The notes beneath the pieces were generated by a model that ran no database searches, was not told where the DNA came from, and saw only the letters and a list, made by a program, of their open reading frames with translations. From Macrostomum lignano (taxonomy: Eukaryota), in contig NIVC01003837.1 of assembly GCA_002269645.1 (NCBI GenBank), positions 1 through 64,000 of the forward strand: a stretch of 64,000 nucleotides of DNA, written 5' to 3'. The position numbers were made by a program, and so were the translations under genes. This document shows, piece by piece, positions 44,950-58,000 of this stretch (position 1 is its first letter; every line of letters starts with the position of its first letter).

Positions 44950-47704
44950 GGGTGTGTATAAAAGCTGGCACTGGCACATTGGACACATTGGACACCCCTT
45001 TTTATAACAAAATTAGATATGAAAATGCAGAATAAACTTGCGGAGATACTTTTAAATAATTTAAAAAATTGATAATAATAGAAATGACATCCTTGCTTTC
45101 GTGATAGATGATTTGTTAAATATTCTTTGTATTATCGTTTTTTGTACATGTTTAATTTGGCATTCGATTTTTTAAAATAATCGCACATGCAAAAACTGCA
45201 GCTTGCAATGCTATTACACTGTGATTTTACTACCCGAAGGTTCTGTACTACAGGCGTACCGATTTAATGCTAAATATGTCTGATATATGAAATGATCAAA
45301 CTAATAGTCAGAACTCAATTTTCCATAAAATGATGAAGCATTCTGCTCTTATAAAAAAACCACAACTTATTTTGTTAGGATTACTTCATGAAGAACGAAC
45401 TTTGGATATTCCAAATTGCAAGTATTTCTATATTAAAAAAGTTAATACATTGGCAGATTATTTGATGAAAAAATTGCACCCAAAAAGTTTTTTTTACTTT
45501 GTAAGATGATGATTAAATTAATAATTTCCAAGCTTCTTCTTTTATTAGTTCAATTACTTTTTGTATGATTTCAACCAACAAAAAAAGGAATAGCTACTCA
45601 GTGAAAGTTCAAATTACAGTCTCTTCTTTATATACAATCCTTTTAAGAAAACATTATTATGAATAATTTGCCAAGTCATGATATTTAAGAAATTGTGCTA
45701 ATCATTTAAATTATGAGTTAAAAAATGCAAGCATATAAGTAAAAAATCTACCTCACAGACCAAGAAGTCTTTTTACTAAAAGTTTATATGTGACGCTTTG
45801 AAAAAAAAACATATAAACCATCTTCACATAACATTTATTGTCATTTATTTCAGACCTAAATCCTTTAGCACATAAATATTCTGCACATATGTTGCAGGGT
45901 ATACTTCCTTCTTCTAAAATCCTACAAATGCCACAAAGTTTTAATAGGCAAATTTATTCGTATTGTTTATATTAATATTTCTATATTTATGAGAAGTTTT
46001 CCAATAAGAACAAGTTCCCAATCAGTAAAACACTATATTTTAATTCTAATGTCCAAAATTATGGCATTCTAAGGGACCAAGTGATAGGTTTTAAGCTACT
46101 ATTAGCACCTGCATGATTTATTTATTTAATACCTACACATTCCTTAATGTCTATAGTTCGCCTAATTGCCTAATTGCTAACCCTAATTCTAGCCTTCTTG
46201 GCTTACAAGTTTGAGTCTTCACAGCATATTATTCAATTCAAGCCCTACTAATTTTATTAGCCTCTCTTAATTTTATAAAATAATAATTTTCTTTAGTGTA
46301 ACTGCTCCAAAAATTTCAACTTTAATTTAAGTGGTGTGCCGAAACACCACTTGCACCATTACAGCCGTCTATAATTTTTTGTGCTAATTGGTTGACCACT
46401 TTCAATAATTTTCTTGGGTCAAGAGTGTGATATATGCATATTGCAGCATGAATTTTTTAAAGAATCCCTAATTTTATACAAGGAATCATATATATTTATA
46501 GAAAGTTAGCTCTTAGAGTAGAGATAAAGTACATAAGACTATTAATAGCAACTTTTCATACAATTGCTTATGGTAATGATTTCTATTGTTATAAAGTTAC
46601 AAATAAATAAAAAGTTACATTGCATTTAAACTGTACTTTATGAGTTGTAAGCCTTTCAACTCAGAGTTCACTTCAATTGCTTTAATATACATTGCTAGAT
46701 GTTATTTAGCATTTCTTTGTTATTTATCATTTAACTCATTGCATTGTTTAATTGCTAATTTCATTTGCTCAGCTGCAATATTTATTACTTTTTTATTAAT
46801 GCCAATGTTTGTAATACTTTTTCTCCCCATTTTTAGTGTTTGTGGTATTCTTTTGTCAAATTTTAATTTTCCGCTGTATCTATCTTTACAAAAAATTGTA
46901 CCTGTAAACTTATGGTTTTTTGCTTACAATGGTGCTGTACTAAATTATATTTATTTCCTTGTTAGATTCTCTAAATTGAAAAAGTAATGCACTGCTTTAT
47001 TATCATGCATATTGAATATTAAGGATAGTTAGTATTCCTTCCTTGAAAAAGATTCTAGAGTTGGATTCTATTTGATAAGAGAATAAATAATTTATTGAGT
47101 TTAAATGTTTTTAAAACATTAATTAATTGCATTTTGATGGAAATCACAACTTAAAAAAATTATTCGTTTTTTTTATTTAAGACACGGGGGATTTTAAAAA
47201 TCCATATTAACAGCAAATCAAACATTATGGGAGAGAGAGAGAGAGAAGTATTAGATTCACTTTCACCATTGCTGTTGATTTATGGAAAGGCAGTAAACAA
47301 GCCAGAGCAGCTGCAAATAGTCAAATATGCCATGTCCGGCAATAAAATTCTGCAACTAGTCTGCTGCTCACTTTTTCCAACGTTTATTGAGGACAAGAAA
47401 CGGCATTTAATGTTTCTATGTTTTCTGTAAGTGCACCAACTAGGTAAATGAAAATGACGTACCGAAAGTAGTTCGACAATAAAGCAAGATAAGAAATGAA
47501 TTTAAATGTAGAATAAAACTTGTTGATACTACCAATCTCATGGTTGTTAGAAGTATATGAAAAAGTGCAATTATAAATAAATATTTACATTTTTATTCGA
47601 AAGCCAAAGTATATTTATTCAAGCAAAACAACGATCAAAACTCGATTTTTGTTAACATAAGGGGTGTCCAATGTGCCAATGGTGCCCTGCTTTTATACAG
47701 ACCC
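44950..47704 (-). mobile_element. 2.75-kb non-autonomous TIR DNA transposon (Mutator/Merlin-like), left arm of palindrome
   Basis: TIRs GGGTGTGTATAAAAGC...TGGCACATTGGACACCCCTT and GGGTCTGTATAAAAGC...TGGCACATTGGACACCCCTT. AT-rich interior without an intact ORF. Confidence 0.8.
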
Positions 47705-47740
47705 TCTGGCTTATACAAACCTTTTATACAAACCTCTGGC

Positions 47741-50497
47741 GGGTCTGTATAAAAGCAGGGCACCATTGGCACATTGGACACCCCTTATGTTAACAAAAAT
47801 CGAGTTTTGATCGTTGTTTTGCTTGAATAAATATACTTTGGCTTTCGAATAAAAATGTAAATATTTATTTATAATTGCACTTTTTCATATACTTCTAACA
47901 ACCATGAGATTGGTAGTATCAACAAGTTTTATTCTACATTTAAATTCATTTCTTATCTTGCTTTATTGTCGAACTACTTTCGGTACGTCATTTTCATTTA
48001 CCTAGTTGGTGCACTTACAGAAAACATAGAAACATTAAATGCCGTTTCTTGTCCTCAATAAACGTTGGAAAAAGTGAGCAGCAGACTAGTTGCAGAATTT
48101 TATTGCCGGACATGGCATATTTGACTATTTGCAGCTGCTCTGGCTTGTTTACTGCCTTTCCATAAATCAACAGCAATGGTGAAAGTGAATCTAATACTTC
48201 TCTCTCTCTCTCTCCCATAATGTTTGATTTGCTGTTAATATGGATTTTTAAAATCCCCCGTGTCTTAAATAAAAAAAACGAATAATTTTTTTAAGTTGTG
48301 ATTTCCATCAAAATGCAATTAATTAATGTTTTAAAAACATTTAAACTCAATAAATTATTTATTCTCTTATCAAATAGAATCCAACTCTAGAATCTTTTTC
48401 AAGGAAGGAATACTAACTATCCTTAATATTCAATATGCATGATAATAAAGCAGTGCATTACTTTTTCAATTTAGAGAATCTAACAAGGAAATAAATATAA
48501 TTTAGTACAGCACCATTGTAAGCAAAAAAACCATAAGTTTACAGGTACAATTTTTTGTAAAGATAGATACAGCGGAAAATTAAAATTTGACAAAAGAATA
48601 CCACAAACACTAAAAATGGGGAGAAAAAGTATTACAAACATTGGCATTAATAAAAAAGTAATAAATATTGCAGCTGAGCAAATGAAATTAGCAATTAAAC
48701 AATGCAATGAGTTAAATGATAAATAACAAAGAAATGCTAAATAACATCTAGCAATGTATATTAAAGCAATTGAAGTGAACTCTGAGTTGAAAGGCTTACA
48801 ACTCATAAAGTACAGTTTAAATGCAATGTAACTTTTTATTTATTTGTAACTTTATAACAATAGAAATCATTACCATAAGCAATTGTATGAAAAGTTGCTA
48901 TTAATAGTCTTATGTACTTTATCTCTACTCTAAGAGCTAACTTTCTATAAATATATATGATTCCTTGTATAAAACTAGGGATTCTTTAAAAAATTCATGC
49001 TGCAATATGCATATATCACACTCTTGACCCAAGAAAATTATTGAAAGTGGTCAACCAATTAGCACAAAAAATTATAGACGGCTGTAATGGTGCAAGTGGT
49101 GTTTCGGCACACCACTTAAATTAAAGTTGAAATTTTTGGAGCAGTTACACTAAAGAAAATTATTATTTTATAAAATTAAGAGAGGCTAATAAAATTAGTA
49201 GGGCTTGAATTGAATAATATGCTGTGAAGACTCAAACTTGTAAGCCAAGAAGGCTAGAATTAGGGTTAGCAATTAGGCAATTAGGCGAACTATAGACATT
49301 AAGGAATGTGTAGGTATTAAATAAATAAATCATGCAGGTGCTAATAGTAGCTTAAAACCTATCACTTGGTCCCTTAGAATGCCATAATTTTGGACATTAG
49401 AATTAAAATATAGTGTTTTACTGATTGGGAACTTGTTCTTATTGGAAAACTTCTCATAAATATAGAAATATTAATATAAACAATACAAATAAATTTGCCT
49501 ATTAAAACTTTGTGGCATTTGTAGGATTTTAGAAGAAGGAAGTATACCCTGCAACATATGTGCAGAATATTTATGTGCTAAAGGATTTAGGTCTGAAATA
49601 AATGACAATAAATGTTATGTGAAGATGGTTTATATGTTGTTTTTTCAAAGCGTCACATATAAACTTTCAGTAAAAAGACTTCTTGGTCTGTGAGGTAGAT
49701 TTTTTACTTATATGCTTGCATTTTTTAACTCATAATTTAAATGATTAGCACAATTTCTTAAATATCATGACTTGGCAAATTATTCATAATAATGTTTTCT
49801 TAAAAGGATTGTATATAAAGAAGAGACTGTAATTTGAACTTTCACTGAGTAGCTATTCCTTTTTTTGTTGGTTGAAATCATACAAAAAGTAATTGAACTA
49901 ATAAAAGAAGAAGCTTGGAAATTATTAATTTAATCATCATCTTACAAAGTAAAAAAAACTTTTTGGGTGCAATTTTTTCATCAAATAATCTGCCAATGTA
50001 TTAACTTTTTTAATATAGAAATACTTGCAATTTGGAATATCCAAAGTTCGTTCTTCATGAAGTAATCCTAACAAAATAAGTTGTGGTTTTTTTATAAGAG
50101 CAGAATGCTTCATCATTTTATGGAAAATTGAGTTCTGACTATTAGTTTGATCATTTCATATATCAGACATATTTAGCATTAAATCGGTACGCCTGTAGTA
50201 CAGAACCTTCGGGGTAGTAAAATCACAGTGTAATAGCATTGCAAGCTGCAGTTTTTGCATGTGCGATTATTTTAAAAAATCGAATGCCAAATTAAACATG
50301 TACAAAAAACGATAATACAAAGAATATTTAACAAATCATCTATCACGAAAGCAAGGATGTCATTTCTATTATTATCAATTTTTTAAATTATTTAAAAGTA
50401 TCTCCGCAAGTTTATTCTGCATTTTCATATCTAATTTTGTTATAAAAAGGGGTGTCCAATGTGTCCAATGTGCCAGTGCCAGCTTTTATACACACCC
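47741..50497 (+). mobile_element. Second, inverted copy of the same 2.75-kb TIR element (right arm of palindrome)
   Basis: Reverse complement of 44950-47704, with only a handful of substitutions/homopolymer indels seen. Confidence 0.85.
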
Positions 50498-51439
50498 ACC
50501 CGCCAGATTTTAGATCCAATTACTAAACGGATATTAAAACAAAGTCTTTGACAAACGGATATCTAGAGATGCAAGAAACTTAATTATTTTTATTGGTGTA
50601 TGGCATTGAGACTAACATAGCTCACTTAGCAATTCGATATAGTCAGACTTCTTTCTTTGCCACAATTTTAAAATGAGCCATCTTTCGAAGCCTGCAGGGC
50701 CTTCGCGGACCTACAACCTATAAAAATTGAGCTGTAAGCGTTGTACCTCGGATCTCTCATTAAAATAATAGGAGACTGCGGTCTACAAAGTTCGTTTATT
50801 TTTTTCTAACTTACAGGCTTTCTTTGAAGGATTCACACGTGCTCTCTTACATATAAGATTTCTCGTTCAGTGATACTGACAAGCTGATAGGCCTATAGCT
50901 CTGTTGATCTTTTGAATCTAAATAAAACGCATAGTTCAGTATACTTTATAGGATTAGTTAAGAAAGTAAGCAAAAAAATTTGGATTTTTTTAATAACTTC
51001 ACCAATGTTGTGTCCTATATAAACCAAAGACCTTAGTTTATGCCATGATTGTATTGTATGCCAAGTGCATCAAGGAGCCCTTGTGTGTGTTATACTGTGT
51101 TATATATTTGGATTTATGGTTTTATTGTCAGTTTGGCACTTGGTACTCTTGGCTTTCCTAAAACATTCCCTGTTTTAGTGAATTTTTTTTGTTCTAATTC
51201 TTGTATATTTACAATTATAAATGTATGTAGCACCTTTTTGTGGGCTTTGGTATTTTAAAACAAGGAATATAAACAGTGAAAACAAAGATAAAAGCAAGGC
51301 AAAAGAGGCTAATTGGTAAATATAAATGCCTTCTAAATTTGCTCAAGGTAGGCTATAGGCTAAATTGATACACAATAAGGTTTATATATGAGTACTAGGG
51401 ATGTTGACCCCGGGGAGCTTGTCGGGGAATACTCCCCGG

Positions 51440-51737
51440 CATACATGCGCAACAGTCGGCCGAGTCGGCCGATCCGGCCGACCGATCTGGCAGCCAACCA
51501 AGGAAGTCGCAAAAATGCCCACCCGAAAAAATAACCAAGTAGTAGTACTAAGTAGCTGATGAGGCATTTTGGCTTAATAAGACAGTCATAGTTACTCCTG
51601 CCGTTTACCCAAAGTTGCATTAATTTTGCATTAGGGTTTTTTTACATGTAAGTCGCATTTTTGGCCAAAAACTACGTCACATTTTTGTTGAAACTAAGTC
51701 GCATGGCCGACCAAATTTCGGAGGTTGCGCATGTATG
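51440..51737. mobile_element. Nested hAT-type MITE
   Basis: TIR CATACATGCGCAAC / GTTGCGCATGTATG, 8-bp TSD CTCCCCGG / CTCCCTGG (7/8). Confidence 0.8.
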
Positions 51738-51912
51738 CTCCCTGGCAAATTGGACCGGGGACCCCGGGGAGAAAAAAAAGCATTTTTAACTTAATTTTTG
51801 CCATTTAAATAAAAAAATCATTCACAGAAAGCTGATTGAAACTCTGTCTATGCTTTTTTACCGCAAAACTGCTTATTTCAATGTATTATTTCAAACACAA
51901 CACGTTTGAATA

Positions 51913-52138
51913 GGGGGGGGGTTCATAAGACCGAAATTTCACAATGCCGAAACACCATACTTCACAAGACCGAAACTTCATAAGACCAAAATTTCACATT
52001 GTAGAAAACTTAATACAGTAAGGATTGTATTGCATGCAGAATTTTTGGCGTTGTGAAATTTCGGTCTTATGAAGTTTCGGTCTTGTGAAGGGTAGTGCTT
52101 TTCGGCATTGTGAAATTTTGGTCTTATGAAAGCGACCC
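51913..52138. mobile_element. Nested Mutator-like foldback MITE
   Basis: Inverted TTCATAAGACCGAAA repeats, 9-bp TSD GTTTGAATA / GTTTGAATG (8/9). Confidence 0.8.
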
Positions 52139-52879
52139 GTTTGAATGTTTTTTTTCACTATTAGTCTTTCAATCAAGCAAATTGAACGTACGAGCGTAGA
52201 AACCCGTCAGGAAAAAAAGCCTTATTAACTATTATGTTGGTCTGCGTTGACAGCTTGACGCATTTGACGCAGGCACAGCGCTGTGTCCTGCGTCAGTCAC
52301 TGACGCATAGGGGGGTGTCATACAATAACAAAATACTCCCTATTAGACAGGACAAAATGGTGATTTACATGTATCTACAAGAAATTAAAATTCCGATTAA
52401 AAACAGTCTCATTCATTAATTATCCTCCCACGAGTGTAGCTGCTGAGTATGCATTTTCCGCCTCCAGAGTCTGGACCCTTTCTGATAAAGGTGCGTGCAC
52501 GATTTGGTGATGCCACGTTGTCAAATACAGTTTAAACAAACATTGCTTAAAGTTTTTACCCTTGCGCCTTGAACGTGTAGTCCATCCAAAGCTTTTATCA
52601 AAGTTTAAAAAATGCCACTTAATGACTTAAGATCTAAGTTATCTGCCGTTTTTACTTTTTTTTTCTTTTCCCCGGGGTCCCCGGGGTCCCTGGGGAATGA
52701 GAGTAAATTCCCCGGGTCCCCAATAAGAAAATTCCCCGGGGAATCGACATCCCTAATGAGTACAGTGCAAAGTGAAAATAGGATTTTGTCATCTATGCAA
52801 TTAGAAAATAGAAAAAAATATTGTGGAATTCATGAGCAAGAAATCAATTAAAGATTGGAACTGTAGTTGATATTTTTAG

Positions 52880-53440
52880 GGATCTGAAGTTGAGATTATT
52901 GGGGATCTAAAGTTGAGATTATTGGGGATCTAAAGTTGAAGTTTTTTTTGGGGATCTGAAATTGAGATTATTGGGGATCTGAAGTTGAGATTATTGGGGA
53001 CCTGAAGTTAAGATTATCGGGGATCTTAAGTTGAGATTATTGGGGATCTAAAGTTGAGATTATTGGGGATCTGAAGTTGAAGTTTTTTGGGGATCTGAAA
53101 TGAGATTATTGGGGATCTGAAGTTGAGATTATCGGGGATCTGAAGTTGAGATTATTGGGGATCTGAAGTTGAGATTATTGGGGATCTGAAGTTGAGATTA
53201 TTGGGGATCTAAAGTTTAAATTATTGGGGATCTGAAGTTGAGATTATTGGGGATCTGATGTTGAGATTATTTGGAATCTGAAGTTGAGATTATTGGGGAT
53301 CTGAAGTTGAGATTATTGGGGATCTGAAGTTGAGATTATTGGGGATCTGAAGTTGAGATTATTGGGGATCTGAAGTTGAGATTATTGGGGATCTGAAGTT
53401 GAGATTATTGGGGATCTGAAGTTGAGATTATTGGGAAACT
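52880..53440. repeat. 23-bp minisatellite (GGGGATCTGAAGTTGAGATTATT), ~24 units
   Basis: Unit read directly. Confidence 0.95.
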
Positions 53441-55029
53441 GAAGTTTCGGTTTTTTACAATCTAAAATTGAGATTTTTGAGGATCTGAATTTAGGATTTA
53501 AAGATCTTGTAAAGTTGTAACCAGAACTGGGAAATTATAATTGAGTTTCTGGCATCTGAAAATGCAAATTATTTAAGTTTTATGTTAGCCTTACTAATAG
53601 TAGCACAATTCTACTTATTCAGCAATTTTTATTTAAAAAATAAAAGGACAACAAAAACTACGAGTAGAATAAAATTCTTCTTGCACAAGATGCATCATCC
53701 TGGTTTCCCGGGTATCAATCCTTTAATTCTAAGTTTAATGTTTGAAACTTTAATCGTTAGTAAAACTGCAAATGGTTAAAAACTGTTTACTGGAAAAAAT
53801 TAGAAAAATGAAAACTGTACTATGCTGCATACTGTACAAACAGTGAATATATGCGCTACTGTAGTGTACAGTGCATTGATTGGGGTGTACACTTCAAGTT
53901 CAGCCAGCAAGGATAGAGGGGAGAGAGAGAAGGAAGGGAACGGGGAGAGAGTGGGTGTGAAATATGTGGCATCGCCTTTTTGGATTTGCATGGGTCCGGA
54001 TGTGACTTGGCCTGTCTGCCCCAGCTAGGACTTGTGCGAATTTGGGTTTTTGGCTAAGTACACAGCTTAAGGCAGGGCTGGACTGTCTTTCTAGCTGCTA
54101 GCTAACAGGAGACTAAAAATAGCTCTTTCATAGCGTCATTTCACTTGCCTGCAAGCACTCTGTGCTACGCCCCATATCTCCTTTCTCTCTCTCTACCCCT
54201 ATAAGCTGAATGTATAACATCTATAATATACCGAAGTGTAGTTTATAAGCTAGCACCGTCTTTCCCTCAGTGTAGCTCGGCTTCTTTTCCTCTCTACACA
54301 GATAAGAAATAGGGATAGAGAAAGAGAGAACTGAGAAGGGCGAGAAAGAGAGACAGAGAGACTCGCAGAGTACAGTTGGGAACTGCCTGCTCACCAACTC
54401 TATTCGCTTACCCTCTCCACCCGCTCTCTGCCTGACCCTTGCTGCGCTTGCGTACTTGCACAGAAAACAAGGTAAGAGTGACACACAAACCGGCTTATGG
54501 GTAGAGAGATTCAGATTGTAAGAGAGGAGAGAGAGGAGAGGCATATAGAGAGAATTTCTCAGTCTGTTCAGCCGTAGCTAAGAGTAAAGAGGGTGACTGC
54601 TAGTCCAGGTGAGTTTCTCTCGCATCTGCCATAGGTTATATCCTCCTCCCCCTTGGTCTGCCCAACAGAATTAGACAGCTTTAAACTGGGCCTTATAAAG
54701 TAGCCAGCTGTCTGCTACTAGCTCAGCATCCTTCAAGCTTCATCAGAGAGCCAGAGTGAAATATAGATAATCCGATAGACCAACATATCTAATTACATTT
54801 TATATGTATAGAGATTTTAAAGCCGCTAGACTACAACAGGTATTATACACATTATAAATATTTATCAATGACCTTTGTAATGTACATATACTATATATAA
54901 TATTACTAAATATGTACTTTTGTTTTTTAGACAGCGGCATCGCAGGCTACAGCAACAGGAGACGAACGCTCGAACGGTACCGGTTCACAGCAGCAGCAAC
55001 AGCAAGCCAACGGTTCCAGCGCTAACAGC

Positions 55030-58000
55030 ATGTCTAACAATAGCCGATCAGCTGTTAACGGCACCAACGGTGTCGAGATAGACGACTCGCTGTACAGTCG
55101 GCAGCTGTACGTGCTCGGTCACGAAGCTATGCGCAGTATGGCCACGTCCAATGTGCTGATCTGCGGCCTGCGCGGCCTGGGCATTGAGATTGCTAAGAAT
55201 GTCATCCTGGGCGGAGTGAAGTCGGTCAGCCTGATAGACAACTCACCACCAGATTGGTCAGACCTGACCAGCCAGTTCTACATTGAAGAGTCAGATATTG
55301 GCGGCTCAAAATCTCGAGCTCAAATTTGTCTGCCTAAGCTAGCCGAACTCAACAATTATGTTCGAGTATCGGCGCTTGAAGGCGAACTAACTGAGGATGC
55401 GATTAAACAGTTCCGAGTTGTAGTGCTGACTGACTGGCCAATGGCTGAGCAGTTGCGCATTAATCAGGTGTGCAGGAAGCATGGGGCCAGGTTTATTACC
55501 GCCTCTGCTGCCGGCCTGTTTGGCGGCATCTTCTGCGACTTTGGCGATGCGTTCTCCGTTACTGACAAGAATGGCGAGCCGTGCAAGAATTTCATAGTAG
55601 ACTGGATTGAGCAATCGGCAGATGGGACTGTGACCTGCGCTCAGGACTCTAGGCACGATCTGGAGGATGGGGACTATGTCACCTTCACTGGGGTGCAGGG
55701 CATGACCCCGTTGAATGGCTGCGCTCCACGGAAAGTGCAGGTGAGTTGTGCCACGCTGGCTCTGGGTTTGAGAAGAATGTTTTAGAATATTTAAAACGAT
55801 TAAAAATCTCTCCCAAATCCACAAGAATCACTCATAAATCCAACTAAAATTATTAATAAATCCACCTAAAAAATCTCCTAAATTCTCGTAAGAATCGCTC
55901 CTAAATGCCCCTAAGAATCGCTCCTAAATATACCTAAAAATCCCTCCTAAATACACCTAAGAATCGCTGCTAAATATACCTAAGAATCGCTCCTAAATAC
56001 ACCTAAGAATCGCTCCTAAATATACCTAAGAATCGCTGCTAAATATACCTAAGAATCGCTCCTAAATAGACCTAAAAATCGCTCCTAAATACACCTACGA
56101 ATCGTTCCTAAATCCGCTAAGAATCGCTCTTATAAATCCATCTAAAAGTCACTTCTAAATCCTCTTAAGAATCACTCCTAAATCCCACTCGAATCGTCCA
56201 TAAAATTAAATAGAAAAAAACACCCGTTTCAAGGACGTTTCGTCAGTTCACATTAATTTCCCAGGCTATGTACGCAAAGGTATTGCTTAGCTAGCATTTC
56301 CTCAGTATCAATTTTCTGCATTCCGCACTACATCAGTACCAAGTGCGGCCTGTTAAAGTTTAGTCAATTACTGTGCACTAGTGACTGTCTGCCCCATGGC
56401 AGACCCAATGAGTTCAAGTATAAAAATAGATCTTCGTATATTTTTGCGTCAGTTTTACTACACCAAAAGTAAATTTCGATTGTCATGTACCTTGTTTATT
56501 ACTCTACTAAGAGTAGAAATATGAAAATATGAAAACTAAATTTTCAGGTGGTGAACCCAAGCAGATTCAAAATCGGCGACACTAGCGGATTCCCGCCCTA
56601 CGAGAAGGGCGGGTATTGCAAGGAAGTGAAAATGCCGGAACAGATCAGCTTTAAATCTCTGCAGGATGCATTGGCTAGTCCCGAGTTTGTCATCACGGAC
56701 TTTGCCAAGTTTGACAGGCCGGCACAGATTCACGCACTGTTCCAGGTAATTTTTATTTCACTTAAATAATCACTGCATATCTCAGCCACGGATCTATCAA
56801 TCATCAGCTCATATCTATCAAACTGATCTATCAATCATCAGCTGACATCTATCAAACTGATCTATCAATCATCAGCTGACATCTATCAAACTGATCCATC
56901 AATCACCAGCTGACATCTATCAAACTGATCTATCAATCATCAGCTCAAATCTATCAAACTGATCTATCAATCATTAGCTGACATCTATCGCACTGATCTA
57001 TCGTGCAACTATCAATCCCCAGGCCCTGTCCGAGTTCGAATCCCGCCATTCGGGCCGCCGGCCGGAGCCCGGCAACGCCGCGGAAGCCGCCGAGCTGGCC
57101 AGAATCGCTGAGGAGATCGCCAAGCGCCAGGGTCTCGAGCCCGCCCCCGACCCCAAACTGGCGGCCACCTTCGCTCAGGTCAGCTCGGGTCAGCTGGCCC
57201 CGGTCCATGCCGTGATTGGCGGCACAGCCAGCCAGGAAGTGATGAAGGCCTGCTCTGGCAGGTTCAATCCTATCAGACAGTTTCTGTACTTTGACGCGCT
57301 CGAATGCTTGCCCGAAGGTGCCGCACCCTCGGTGGCGCCAGCCGACGGGAAGCGGTACACCGGCCAGACTGCCGTGTTTGGTGACGAATTTCAGGTGAGC
57401 CAGTTTTCTAATTTATTTATTTTCCGAAATCCATGACATCTATAAGCATTTGCGCTGCTTTAGATGGCTTAGTGTCATTAGCTCGTAATTGTGAAATAGT
57501 TAGTCCCCAAATGGCAGGTGTCATTAATCCTCTATTGCCCAAATGCATTAATCCCTAAATTACAGGTGTCATTAATCCTCTATTGCCCAAATGCATTAAT
57601 CCCTAAATGGCAGGTGTCATTAATCCTCTATTTTAAAATTCATTAATCCCTAAATGACAGGTGTCATTAATCCTCTATTTTAAAATTCATTAATCCCTAA
57701 ATGACAGGTGTCATTAATCCTCTATTGCCCAAGTGCATTAATCCCCAAATGACAGGTGTCATTAATCCTCTATTGCCCTAATTCTTAACCCCCAAATGAC
57801 AGGTGTCATTAATCCTCTATTGCCCAAATGCATTAATCCCCAAATGGCAGGTGTCATTACTCCTTTATTGCCCAAATGCATTACTCCCCAGATGACAGGT
57901 GTCATTAATCCTTTATTCCCCAACTTCTTTAATCCTCTATTGCCCAAATGCATTAATCCCCAAATGACAGGTGTCATTAATCCTTTATTCCCCAAATTCA

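Larger units (their letters stand above)
51396..52755. mobile_element. Non-autonomous hAT element (1360 bp) carrying nested MITEs
   Basis: TIR TAGGGATG...CATCCCTA, with a perfect 8-bp TSD ATGAGTAC (51388-51395 / 52756-52763). Confidence 0.9.

Noticed and set aside
47705-47740. Palindrome as a missed sequencing-adapter artefact
   Set aside because: The spacer is not an adapter-like sequence, the arms carry substitutions, and homology ends exactly at TIRs with a TSD. It still needs read-level confirmation.
46640-48806. Mirror ORFs 46640-46987/48480-48806 and 47227-47430/48015-48218 as genes
   Set aside because: Short, AT-rich, duplicated only because of the palindrome; the opposite strand looks more like the decayed coding strand.
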